Shown piece after piece: positions 17,088 to 24,347 of a stretch of DNA of 36,129 nt. Within the stretch, counting starts at the first letter, position 1; the number at the start of each line of letters is the position of its first letter. A program made the position numbers and the translations under genes. The notes beneath the pieces were generated by a model. It did no database searches. It saw only the letters and a list, made by a program, of their open reading frames with translations, and was not told the origin of the DNA. This DNA is from a virus, in the UHGV virus genome UHGV-0276305; one strand, written 5' to 3'.

Positions 17088-18562
17088 TATTTATTTGCCT
17101 TATTTGCTGTGCTTGGGTCTTTCGCTGAAGGTGTCTTTGCAGTACCTTCTCCAGCGGTCTTATAACCATCTCCTGAGCGGCTTTGGCTATTTGGAGAAAG
17201 CTTTTCAGATACTGGCTGAGACTCATCAGCAGGAGGGAGACCAATATGCTCTCTAAGTTTGTTAGATAGCTCTTTGTCAACTTCCAAAGCACCTACTGCA
17301 ACAGTCTTCTGAATATAAGAACCAATTGCTTCAAGGTCTGGAGTTTCGATATCATCATATGTGATTTGTACATGTTCTTCATCATCCCACATATTAAGAG
17401 CATAAGTCTGTGCAACTAAATCACGGTTAATTACGTTCTTAATTTGCTTCAGCAGAATATCTACTGACATTGCTAGTAAACTCGTCTTAGAATCTGCAAG
17501 AGAGAATGAACCATATTTTGACTGACCCATAGCAAGAACATCTGACATAAATGCCATCATAATCTGCTTGGAATATCTGTCAATAATAGAACCTGTATCG
17601 TATGCTTTAGCACCCTGTCTAGAAACTAATGAGAACTCAAAAATATCCTCTTTAGTATCTGGGTCGATATATCTAGGCCAGATTAAACCTGCTCTATCAT
17701 TAGCAATCATATCGTTAACAACAGTTTTGCAGTATTGTACGAAAGCTTTCTTTTCAGGTTCTGCATTTTCATCTAGATAGTCTGGTGGTAAACCAATCTT
17801 TGGCATACCTACTAAGTCTCTTGAAACGCCAACAGCCTCATACTCTTCAATCTGTACTTTATATTTCCACGGTACATAAGCATTAAGTAGTGGTGAACGA
17901 CCTTCTGGGTTTCCATATTCATCGTCATACTTAAACAGCATGAATTTAGCTCGTGGAAGTTTTCTTGTTAGCGGTCTTTCTCCAAGATTAATTGCTCCAG
18001 CAATATGTGAAACATTTCTCAGATTCTGTCTAACACCAGTAACTTTTCTAAAGTCTTCGTCAAAATACCACTTATCAAGTGTTGATTGGTTTCTGATTGG
18101 TAATTTAGCCCATCCAATTAGACCATCATCAAATTTTGACTGGTACTTTCCTTTTTTACCCTGTCGCTTCTTATAAACTTTCTCGTTAACACAGAACCCA
18201 TAAGTGCAGAATGACATTACAGAGTTAATAAAATCTGCCCAATCATGCTCCATGTCATCCATTAAAGAATTAAAGAAGTCTGCTCTCTCAAGCATTTTAG
18301 GGTCTTGCTCTTTTCCCTTTGGAGGTACGAATCTCCAGTTGACTTTTCTGACAAACATCTTAATAATATTTACAGATGCTGCTACAGCAGGGTCACGCAT
18401 CATTAATTGGAAAGTTTTAATACTTTCAGGGAACCTTAGTGCCTGACGAGGTTCTTCATAGATTCTTCCATTCTTAACCTTCAGACCCAAAGAACCTACT
18501 TCACCCATTCTAAATGGTGGTAAGCTTTCTTGTGTTTCTGTAATATCTGCCATTCTTCTCAC
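17087..18562 (-). CDS. portal protein
   Basis: 491-aa ORF immediately downstream of terminase large subunit; positional and size-based. Confidence 0.6.
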   Translation of the reverse strand: MRRMADITETQESLPPFRMGEVGSLGLKVKNGRIYEEPRQALRFPESIKTFQLMMRDPAVAASVNIIKMFVRKVNWRFVPPKGKEQDPKMLERADFFNSLMDDMEHDWADFINSVMSFCTYGFCVNEKVYKKRQGKKGKYQSKFDDGLIGWAKLPIRNQSTLDKWYFDEDFRKVTGVRQNLRNVSHIAGAINLGERPLTRKLPRAKFMLFKYDDEYGNPEGRSPLLNAYVPWKYKVQIEEYEAVGVSRDLVGMPKIGLPPDYLDENAEPEKKAFVQYCKTVVNDMIANDRAGLIWPRYIDPDTKEDIFEFSLVSRQGAKAYDTGSIIDRYSKQIMMAFMSDVLAMGQSKYGSFSLADSKTSLLAMSVDILLKQIKNVINRDLVAQTYALNMWDDEEHVQITYDDIETPDLEAIGSYIQKTVAVGALEVDKELSNKLREHIGLPPADESQPVSEKLSPNSQSRSGDGYKTAGEGTAKTPSAKDPSTANKANK

Positions 18563-18569
18563 CTAGCTA

Positions 18570-20186
18570 TCAACGTCTAAGCCCCTCATATGGGTTTCCT
18601 CTCACTAAGTCTGTGTGAGCACCCATTGATGGTGGCTTGAATAATTTAACTTCGTTCAGACTGTTGAAAGCATCACTGGTAGCATCCACTTGGTCATCTT
18701 TAGTTTTACCATCACCACAAAAGCCTTCAAGCTCTTGGAAGTAAGCTTCATTCCAACTACCTCTCAAGACTTTTACAAGTCCAGCTTCAGAAGCAGCAGA
18801 AAACCCCGCAAATCGGGTAACTTTATCTTTATTTGTTGGTTTAGCTCTTGCACGATAGCCTTTCTCGGCAAGTTTCCTGATGAGGGATGTTGCGTAGGAT
18901 TTACCAGCAGCGCCTGGGTCTTGAGGGATAAAAATACCAGTTCGCTTACCGTCACTTTCAGCAGTCAAATTAATTTGTGTTTCGACTCCAGAGGGTCTAT
19001 CTCTAAATCTTACTACATCAATGATATAATAGCAACCGTCTTTTTTAGATTTACCCATCTTAACACCTGCTGTCCAGTCTGGATTAGGGTTAATCTCAGA
19101 TGGTAAAGTTGCTGCTAAGTCCCATGCTCTGACATCAAACACATCTTCTGGGAGTGAATCAACAATCTCACACCATTGTCTTTGCCAATAGTTTGAACCT
19201 TCTGCACGAGCCTTCCAGTTACCGAAACGAAGTCTTGCAACGTTTACAGGGGTGTTGTTTTCCAACTTACCACGGTACTTAGGTTCTAAGAAGTCAAGGA
19301 TTGGGTTATCATCAATCGTACCAGAAATAAAGGTGTATGTTTGAGGAATCTCAAGAGGAAACATTTCAAGAATCTTGTCTCTCTCCCAATCAGAAACCAT
19401 CACACCATCGTTCATAACATACCAACGAATACGACCACACTTTTCAGGGTCTGGATAACCTTCTTCATCTAAGAATGGCTCTACCCAATCGTAAATAAAG
19501 TGGTCTCTGTCTGGGTTCATGGAAATCTTCATGTATGAATCACCTTCAGCACCAGAACGGAGACGGGTTTGTAGGTATGAAATCTGTGAAGCAGAGAAGT
19601 GTGTACCTTCATCAAAGTAAATAGCTGAGTATTCAATACCCTGATGACCTTCAGCGTGCTTTTCAAGTTCTAGGTAGGTAAACTTGATAGTTGCCCCAGA
19701 AGGGAATGTGATAGTCATTTTCTGCTCGTGAGGAATCCCACCAAACTTACCAAATAGTTTCTTTGCAGCAGGCCATAAACCACCCTGTAACTGTGTTGTG
19801 TTTCGACGGAAATACACAGCATTATAGTTAGGGTCTTCAATAAATCTTAAAGAGTCCATTAACAATGCAGCAGTCTTACCAGCACCAGCAGCACCACCAT
19901 AGAGTACCAAGTCAGCATTAGTATTTAAAAAGACCTCTTGAGAACCCGGCTGAGGGGCTACATAGTTCTTATCAGTCATCAATTTGAAGATAAGTCTAAC
20001 TTGGTCTGGTGTGTATCTTAATAAAGTCAGAATTTGAGTTGGAAGGAATTTAGAGGGGTCTTTACCGAACGATTTGATAATTTCTTTTACTTCATCAGAA
20101 AGCCCCAACTCTCCAGCTAGGACTTTCCTAACATCTTCCACTCGCTTCTGCTTAACAGCATTTAAGTCCATTAAGCACCTCCGCAA
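18570..20186 (-). CDS. terminase large subunit
   Basis: 538-aa ORF with Walker A VLYGGAAGAGKT near N-terminus; first large gene of the late operon. Confidence 0.85.
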   Translation of the reverse strand: MRRCLMDLNAVKQKRVEDVRKVLAGELGLSDEVKEIIKSFGKDPSKFLPTQILTLLRYTPDQVRLIFKLMTDKNYVAPQPGSQEVFLNTNADLVLYGGAAGAGKTAALLMDSLRFIEDPNYNAVYFRRNTTQLQGGLWPAAKKLFGKFGGIPHEQKMTITFPSGATIKFTYLELEKHAEGHQGIEYSAIYFDEGTHFSASQISYLQTRLRSGAEGDSYMKISMNPDRDHFIYDWVEPFLDEEGYPDPEKCGRIRWYVMNDGVMVSDWERDKILEMFPLEIPQTYTFISGTIDDNPILDFLEPKYRGKLENNTPVNVARLRFGNWKARAEGSNYWQRQWCEIVDSLPEDVFDVRAWDLAATLPSEINPNPDWTAGVKMGKSKKDGCYYIIDVVRFRDRPSGVETQINLTAESDGKRTGIFIPQDPGAAGKSYATSLIRKLAEKGYRARAKPTNKDKVTRFAGFSAASEAGLVKVLRGSWNEAYFQELEGFCGDGKTKDDQVDATSDAFNSLNEVKLFKPPSMGAHTDLVRGNPYEGLRR

Positions 20187-20192
20187 ATAGAA

Positions 20193-20393
20193 TTATTCAG
20201 AGTCTGTAGCAGTCTCTTCTTTCTTAACTTCGAACTTTGCATCAACAGCATCAAGAAGTGCATCCATAGATGCTTCTTTAATATCAATACCTGTTGCTAC
20301 AGACAATCTGTCTGCAATTGCCATGATAGTATTCTGCATAAATTCTAGCTTCTTGTTAGCTTCATAAAGTTCTTTATAAACGGTCTCGCTCAT
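20193..20393 (-). CDS. small hypothetical protein upstream of terminase
   Basis: 66-aa ORF with GGAG Shine-Dalgarno 8 nt upstream of ATG. Confidence 0.5.
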   Translation of the reverse strand: MSETVYKELYEANKKLEFMQNTIMAIADRLSVATGIDIKEASMDALLDAVDAKFEVKKEETATDSE

Positions 20394-20429
20394 TATGTTT
20401 TCTCCAAATAATTAACCATGTTTCCCCTT

Positions 20430-20453
20430 AAAAAAGACGGCACAGAGACCGTC
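20430..20453 (-). terminator. intrinsic terminator candidate downstream of tRNA cluster
   Basis: minus-strand GACGG-UCUCUGUG-CCGUC hairpin followed by UUUUUU. Confidence 0.45.
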
Positions 20454-20518
20454 AAGGAGAAACCACAATGTACGTCAGAGACATACTGTATAAGTCTTCT
20501 TATAAAGTATAGCTCTGT

Positions 20519-20578
20519 AAAAAAGCCCTGTCTAAAAATACTCTTCGGTAGCGAAAGGAAGAATACTTATAGCAGGGC
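20519..20578 (-). terminator. intrinsic terminator candidate downstream of tRNA-Cys
   Basis: minus-strand GCCCUG...CAGGGC stem with nested CUUC/GAAG pairing, followed by UUUUUU. Confidence 0.45.
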
Positions 20579-20615
20579 ATTATTATTATTTTAATTGAGA
20601 GAGAGTAAAATAACT

Positions 20616-20691
20616 TGGAGAATCCGAAGGGACTCGAACCCTTATAAACCTGTTTTGCAGACAGGCACATAGCCATTTCTGTCACGGATTC
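20616..20691 (-). tRNA. tRNA-Cys (GCA)
   Basis: hand-folded: 7-bp acceptor GAATCCG/CGGATTC, anticodon arm CCTGT-CTGCAAA-ACAGG, T-arm AAGGG-TTCGAGT-CCCTT, CCA encoded. Confidence 0.8.
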
Positions 20692-20695
20692 AAAT

Positions 20696-20788
20696 TGGAG
20701 GAAGATACCAGACTTGAACTGGTACACCGATTTCTCAGCTACTGGCAGTTTAGCAAACTGCTCCCTTACCTTTTAGGGTTAATCTTCC
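20696..20788 (-). tRNA. tRNA-Ser (GCU), long variable arm
   Basis: 93 nt; acceptor GGAAGAT/ATCTTCC, anticodon arm GCAGT-TTGCTAA-ACTGC, T-arm ACCAG-TTCAAGT-CTGGT, CCA encoded. Confidence 0.75.
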
Positions 20789-20789
20789 A

Positions 20790-21533
20790 TTATTTCTGTA
20801 ATGCGTTCTTCATTTCTGGTGTTGCAATAGTGTCAATCACACCAGTTTTACAAGCATCATCAAACCAGTCTGGTAAGATACCTGCTAAGAACCCATTGAT
20901 ATTCGTTTTAAGGTACTCTGCAATAAGAGCAGCTTCTTCTTCAATCATCTGCACAACTTCATCTGCATAAGCTGTAATCTTCGAAATACCTTCATTAATC
21001 TTACTAACAGCTTGGTTAGCTAAATCAGAAATAGTATCAAGACCTTTGTCAATAGCATCTTGTAAGTCACTTAATACACCATTAACACTATCTAGTGTAC
21101 TGTTCATCATGTCAATAGCTTTTTGACCATACTCTGTAGCAACACCCATGATACCACTGAATGGTGTACAACCAACTTGTTCTCCTGCTGCACCCATAAC
21201 ATTGGAATACCCCTTTGCTACCTGCATACGTGATGAAAACTCATCAATAGACTTTTGACCGTAGTCTGTCAGAGTTTTAGTAGTTGCTGTAGTGCTTGTA
21301 AGGCTTGTTGTAAAGCTGTTTAGAAGGACTGTTGTAAGTCCAGCAGCAACAAGTTTCTCCTTCATTGTAGGGTCTGTTACAGAACTAATAGAGCTTACAA
21401 GTGATGTAGAAGCAGCTACGGTTCCACCGAGAACTGCTGCACCAGTAATAAGCGGGTTAGAGAACCCTTTACCGGTTTTTAAGAGATTAAAAATCTCCTT
21501 ACCTTGTTCTGTCATCTCTTTCATTAAGCACCT
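20790..21533 (-). CDS. hypothetical protein embedded at edge of tRNA cluster
   Basis: ORF track gives 20790..21587, but the first 18 codons overlap a tRNA-like gene; start more likely the MKEM Met at 21533; hydrophobic N-terminal segment then Ala/Thr-rich and helical regions. Confidence 0.5.
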   Translation of the reverse strand, partial: RCLMKEMTEQGKEIFNLLKTGKGFSNPLITGAAVLGGTVAASTSLVSSISSVTDPTMKEKLVAAGLTTVLLNSFTTSLTSTTATTKTLTDYGQKSIDEFSSRMQVAKGYSNVMGAAGEQVGCTPFSGIMGVATEYGQKAIDMMNSTLDSVNGVLSDLQDAIDKGLDTISDLANQAVSKINEGISKITAYADEVVQMIEEEAALIAEYLKTNINGFLAGILPDWFDDACKTGVIDTIATPEMKNALQK

Positions 21534-21540
21534 TTGAAAT

Positions 21541-21617
21541 TGGTAGTCCAGTGGGATTTGAACCCTCTTCTCATGTTTTTCAGACACGCGCTTTAACCAT
21601 ATAAGCTACTTGGACTA
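21541..21617 (-). tRNA. atypical tRNA-like gene, anticodon GAA (Phe-like)
   Basis: perfect 7-bp acceptor TAGTCCA/TGGACTA, D-stem GCTT/AAGC, anticodon arm CGTGT-CTGAAAA-ACATG, T-loop TTCAAAT; but 2 extra nt between acceptor and U8 and an A-A mismatch in T-stem. Confidence 0.35.
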
Positions 21618-21622
21618 TAAAT

Positions 21623-21698
21623 TGGGGTGACCTACGGGATTTGAACCCGTATAGACCATGTTCACAGCATGGGTCATTACCATTTATGATAAGGCCAC
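21623..21698 (-). tRNA. tRNA-His (GUG)
   Basis: acceptor GTGGCCT/AGGTCAC, D-stem TCAT/ATGA, anticodon arm CCATG-CTGTGAA-CATGG, T-arm ACGGG-TTCAAAT-CCCGT, CCA encoded. Confidence 0.8.
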
Positions 21699-21704
21699 AT
21701 TTAA

Positions 21705-21724
21705 GGACTCTCGTAAGAACCCTT
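21705..21724 (-). promoter_or_regulatory. conserved ~20-nt motif (plus-strand GGACTCTCGTAAGAACCCTT) just upstream of tRNA-His
   Basis: near-identical copies at 25261-25281 and a diverged copy at 24326-24347, each a few nt upstream (in the transcription direction) of an RNA gene. Confidence 0.3.
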
Positions 21725-21729
21725 AGAAG

Positions 21730-21805
21730 TGGCAGCGGCATAAGGATTTGAACCTTAATAGGACAGCTTCAGAGACTGTTGCATTGCCAGTTATGCTATA
21801 CCGCT
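21730..21805 (-). tRNA. tRNA-Gln (CUG)
   Basis: acceptor AGCGGTA/TGCCGCT, D-stem GCAT/ATGC, anticodon arm ACAGT-CTCTGAA-GCTGT, T-arm TAAGG-TTCAAAT-CCTTA, CCA encoded. Confidence 0.75.
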
Positions 21806-21810
21806 AAATT

Positions 21811-21889
21811 TGGTACTCCATATCGGATTCGAACCGATACATAACACAGATTTTAAGTCTGGCCTCTCTGCCAATTGGAGTAATGGAGC
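21811..21889 (-). tRNA. tRNA with anticodon UAA (Leu by anticodon; short variable loop)
   Basis: 79 nt; acceptor GCTCCAT/ATGGAGT, D-loop AATTGGCAGAG (Leu-like), anticodon loop CTTAAAA, T-arm ATCGG-TTCGAAT-CCGAT, A73, CCA encoded; variable loop only about 7 nt. Confidence 0.6.
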
Positions 21890-21891
21890 AT

Positions 21892-21967
21892 TGGCGGGGG
21901 ATGTTGGAATTGAACCAACTTCTTCGATTTCAAAGACCGAGGTTTTAACCTTGTAAACTAATCCCCT
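21892..21967 (-). tRNA. tRNA-Gln (UUG)
   Basis: acceptor with 1:72 A-C mismatch, D-stem GTTT/AAAC, anticodon arm TCGGT-CTTTGAA-ATCGA, T-arm GTTGG-TTCAATT-CCAAC, CCA encoded. Confidence 0.7.
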
Positions 21968-21975
21968 TTAAATCT

Positions 21976-22533
21976 TTACTTTCTCAGTGGATGAATAAAG
22001 AATGCCAACATAACTCTTTCCCTTGAGAATGCTCTTTCTTCTGGGACAACACTTTTTAGTTTCCATCCAATATAAATTCTCCAGTAAAACTGTTTACCAA
22101 AGACTTTGATTGATGGGATAAAAGCGAATAATCCCCAAGCATTACTGTTCCACATTAGGAGATAACCAGTCTGATTATCTTCAGGGTTAGAACTTACGTT
22201 GATATTACCTTTCCACTTAGTAACATCTTTTACATCTCTTCCTAATACATGGTAAGAGAAGTTATAAGCTTTGTTTCTCCAGAGCCATCCAACTCTCTGC
22301 ATGTAGACACCAAGCTTACCAATCTTTCTAATCTTAGCCCATCTCTCAACGTGGCCTTTGTCACCATCAATAGGGTTGTCATAGGTCTCCATCCATCTGA
22401 ATCCAAAAGGTAGATGCCCTTTCTTCTCACTGTAGAATGGAACTACGAAAGGTGCTAAGATGACTGCTAGGGTTGCTGCAAATGGTTCTAACAAAGCTAA
22501 GAAAACCCATGAAGCATACTTCAAATATCTCAT
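21976..22533 (-). CDS. hypothetical membrane-anchored protein inside tRNA cluster
   Basis: 185-aa ORF between tRNA genes; hydrophobic N-terminus (WVFLALLEPFAATLAVILAPFVVPF), Trp/Lys-rich remainder. Confidence 0.55.
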   Translation of the reverse strand: MRYLKYASWVFLALLEPFAATLAVILAPFVVPFYSEKKGHLPFGFRWMETYDNPIDGDKGHVERWAKIRKIGKLGVYMQRVGWLWRNKAYNFSYHVLGRDVKDVTKWKGNINVSSNPEDNQTGYLLMWNSNAWGLFAFIPSIKVFGKQFYWRIYIGWKLKSVVPEERAFSRERVMLAFFIHPLRK

Positions 22534-22552
22534 CTAAATAGCCTCTTTAAAT

Positions 22553-22628
22553 TGGCGCAGGATAAGGGATTCGAACCCCTATTAACAGCTTCGTAGACTG
22601 TTGCTCTATCCATTTGAACTAATCCTGC
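22553..22628 (-). tRNA. tRNA-Arg (ACG)
   Basis: acceptor GCAGGAT/ATCCTGC, anticodon arm ACAGT-CTACGAA-GCTGT, T-arm AGGGG-TTCGAAT-CCCTT, CCA encoded. Confidence 0.8.
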
Positions 22629-22633
22629 AAAAT

Positions 22634-22711
22634 TGGTGTTCCAAGACGGATTCGAACCGTCACTAGTACAAGGTTTGAGCTTGCATCCTCTGCCAATTGG
22701 GATACTGGAAC
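22634..22711 (-). tRNA. tRNA with anticodon CAA (Leu by anticodon; short variable loop)
   Basis: 78 nt; acceptor GTTCCAG/TTGGAAC, D-loop AATTGGCAGAG, anticodon arm GCAAG-CTCAAAC-CTTGT, T-arm GACGG-TTCGAAT-CCGTC, A73, CCA encoded; variable loop about 6 nt. Confidence 0.6.
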
Positions 22712-22712
22712 A

Positions 22713-22787
22713 TGGTACTCACTAAAGGACTTGAACCTTTTTCTTCATCTTGTAAGGGTGATGTTTTACCATATAAACTAAGCGAGT
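22713..22787 (-). tRNA. tRNA-Val (UAC)
   Basis: acceptor ACTCGCT/AGTGAGT, D-stem GTTT/AAAC, anticodon loop CTTACAA, T-arm AAAGG-TTCAAGT-CCTTT, CCA encoded. Confidence 0.75.
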
Positions 22788-22790
22788 GTG

Positions 22791-22878
22791 AAAGAGGTCT
22801 GAAGTTGTGCCGCTAACTCAACTCCGTGGAATTTGTTACGGTCTTCAGTTGACACCAGCGGTCTTTCACTTGACCTCT
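22791..22878. ncRNA. structured spacer: ~88-nt extended hairpin between tRNA-Val and tRNA-Thr
   Basis: outer 7-bp pairing agaggtc (22793-22799) with gacctct (22872-22878), inner tgaag/cttca pairing; no canonical T-loop so not callable as tRNA. Confidence 0.3.
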
Positions 22879-22882
22879 GAAT

Positions 22883-22958
22883 TGGTGCTCCCACAAGGAT
22901 TCGAACCCTGATAAGTTGCTTACAAGGCAACCGTAATAGCCAATTATACGATAGGAGC
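22883..22958 (-). tRNA. tRNA-Thr (UGU)
   Basis: acceptor GCTCCTA/TGGGAGC, anticodon arm GTTGC-CTTGTAA-GCAAC, T-arm CAGGG-TTCGAAT-CCTTG, CCA encoded. Confidence 0.8.
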
Positions 22959-22965
22959 ATTAATT

Positions 22966-23040
22966 TGGAGCATCCAGAGGGAATCGAACCCTCAACCTCA
23001 GTTTGGAAGACTGTAATTTTCCCGTTTAAACTATGGATGC
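22966..23040 (-). tRNA. tRNA-Gly (UCC)
   Basis: acceptor GCATCCA/TGGATGC, D-stem GTTT/AAAT, anticodon loop CTTCCAA, T-arm GAGGG-TTCGATT-CCCTC, CCA encoded. Confidence 0.75.
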
Positions 23041-23046
23041 ACTAAT

Positions 23047-23122
23047 TGGTGGAGAAGCAGGGGATTGAACCCTGTACTTAAGTTTGCAAAACTTATGTTT
23101 TAACCATGTAAACTACATCCCC
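23047..23122 (-). tRNA. tRNA-Ala (UGC)
   Basis: acceptor GGGGATG with G3-U70 wobble, D-stem GTTT/AAAC, anticodon arm TAAGT-TTTGCAA-ACTTA, T-arm CAGGG-TTCAATC-CCCTG, A73, CCA encoded. Confidence 0.75.
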
Positions 23123-23128
23123 AATGTT

Positions 23129-23204
23129 TGGTACAGGTGGAGGGAATTGAACCCATCGTCTTACTGATTAAGAGTCAGCCGCATAACCATTTTGCTACAC
23201 CTGC
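23129..23204 (-). tRNA. tRNA-Lys (CUU)
   Basis: acceptor GCAGGTG/CACCTGT, anticodon arm GCTGA-CTCTTAA-TCAGT, T-loop TTCAATT with imperfect T-stem (ATGGG/CCCTC), CCA encoded. Confidence 0.65.
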
Positions 23205-23211
23205 ATTAATT

Positions 23212-23289
23212 TGGTAGGAGACAAGGGATTCGAACCCTCAAACACCAACTTCTAAGGATGGTAGGTTTACCAATTACCGTCAATCTCCC
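23212..23289 (-). tRNA. tRNA with anticodon UAG (Leu by anticodon; short variable loop)
   Basis: 78 nt; acceptor GGGAGAT/GTCTCCT, D-loop contains TAATTGGTAAA, anticodon loop CTTAGAA (stem has one T-T mismatch), T-arm GAGGG-TTCGAAT-CCCTT, A73, CCA encoded. Confidence 0.5.
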
Positions 23290-23364
23290 ATTAAATCTTT
23301 TTAGAGAACTTCTAAGAACCTAAGCAACAAGGTTCCACAACAAGCTGTAATAACCTTAGAAGCC

Positions 23365-23390
23365 CTCTAAAAAGACCTAAAAAGGTCTTT
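23365..23390 (-). terminator. terminator-like hairpin inside tRNA cluster
   Basis: minus-strand AAAGACC-UUUUUA-GGUCUUU then UUAGAG; U-tract partly within stem. Confidence 0.35.
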
Positions 23391-23547
23391 GCATAGTCTT
23401 GTTTAATCCGGTGACTAGAACCTTTGGAGAGCTTGATATTATCTCTTCTCCGTGACACCTACTAGGTGTTTTATCTGTGTGTACGACAATACACGAGGGA
23501 TAAACCGAAAATGCGAGCAAGCATGGACGGTGTAAAATCTTATTAGG

Positions 23548-23635
23548 CGGTAAGTAAAGGAGTCGAACCCTCACCGTATCTCTACAGTGGCAACTGTTTT
23601 CAAGACAGTTTGGCTACCATTAGCCGCTACCTACC
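23548..23635 (-). tRNA. tRNA-Ser (UGA), long variable arm
   Basis: 88 nt; acceptor GGTAGGT/ACTTACC, anticodon arm ACTGT-CTTGAAA-ACAGT, about 20-nt variable arm, T-arm GAGGG-TTCGACT-CCTTT; CCA not encoded. Confidence 0.7.
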
Positions 23636-23648
23636 CCTAATAAGACTT

Positions 23649-23731
23649 TGGCATGGGACGGAGGAGTTGAACCACTTTGAAACGGTTTTGGAGGCCGTTG
23701 CTCATGCCTTAGAGTCTTAACATCGTCCCAC
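23649..23731 (-). tRNA. atypical tRNA-like gene, anticodon CCA (Trp-like)
   Basis: 83 nt; acceptor GTGGGAC/GTCCCAT, anticodon loop CTCCAAA on ACGGC/ACCGT stem, CCA encoded; D region about 7 nt too long and T-stem AGTGG/CCTCC has 2 mismatches. Confidence 0.4.
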
Positions 23732-23868
23732 ACTATAATTCGAAGCTTACCGTATTATCTCAACACTGTAAAGCCCCTTCTCAGATTATTTACATGTTCT
23801 GGAAAACATGAGATACAGACCACCTCCTTACACGGAGACCCGATAAGGTCGTCTAAGCAATCTGCTAA

Positions 23869-24216
23869 CTAATACTTTGCATGTCTTACCCTATGGCAAT
23901 TTGAACATAGCAAAACACATTTGTCAAGTTCATCTTTTAGTTCTTGAGAGAACTTCAGACTTTTTCTATGACCAATGTTAAAATCTTTCTCTGAAGGATT
24001 CAAATGATGGAAGTCATACACTGCTGGATGATACCTTTTACCACAATCATGACAAACCCCACCTTTGTACTCAATAGCTGAAAGTTTAAGTGCTCTTTGT
24101 CTTTCTATGGTTTGCTCATTAACACACTTTTTACAGTATGAATGAGTTCTCTTACCATCTTTCATGTAGAAATCATTTTCATCCTTGCTAAGTTTGCACC
24201 TAATACAAGTTTTCAT
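23869..24216 (-). CDS. HNH homing-endonuclease-like protein
   Basis: about 116 aa from MKTCIRCK (ORF-track N-terminal extension overlaps a tRNA-like gene); CxxC..CxxC zinc-finger-like N-terminus and HNH core (YDFHHLNP ... N ... LLCSNCHRVRH). Confidence 0.8.
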   Translation of the reverse strand: MKTCIRCKLSKDENDFYMKDGKRTHSYCKKCVNEQTIERQRALKLSAIEYKGGVCHDCGKRYHPAVYDFHHLNPSEKDFNIGHRKSLKFSQELKDELDKCVLLCSNCHRVRHAKY

Positions 24217-24230
24217 GATTTCTCCAAAAT

Positions 24231-24312
24231 TGGTCGAGGCGGCAGGACTCGAACCCGCATACTCCACTTACTCGGTTAACGGCGGTTTAGAAGACCGCTG
24301 AGATACGCCCCG
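24231..24312 (-). tRNA. atypical tRNA-like gene, anticodon UCU (Arg-like)
   Basis: 82 nt; acceptor CGGGGCG/CGCCTCG, canonical T-arm GCGGG-TTCGAGT-CCTGC, CCA encoded, perfect anticodon arm GCGGT-CTTCTAA-ACCGC; no recognisable D-arm and an extra 23-nt segment before the T-arm. Confidence 0.4.
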
Positions 24313-24325
24313 TAATTATCTTTAA

Positions 24326-24347
24326 AGACTCTCTTAGAAAGCCCTTA
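24326..24347 (-). promoter_or_regulatory. diverged copy of the conserved ~20-nt motif, just upstream of the Arg-like tRNA
   Basis: plus-strand agactctcttagaaagccctta versus ggactctcgtaagaaccctta at 21705. Confidence 0.25.

Noticed and set aside
22791-22878. Possible additional tRNA between tRNA-Val and tRNA-Thr
   Set aside because: A 7-bp terminal stem exists but no T-loop or anticodon arm can be folded on either strand; kept only as a structured spacer
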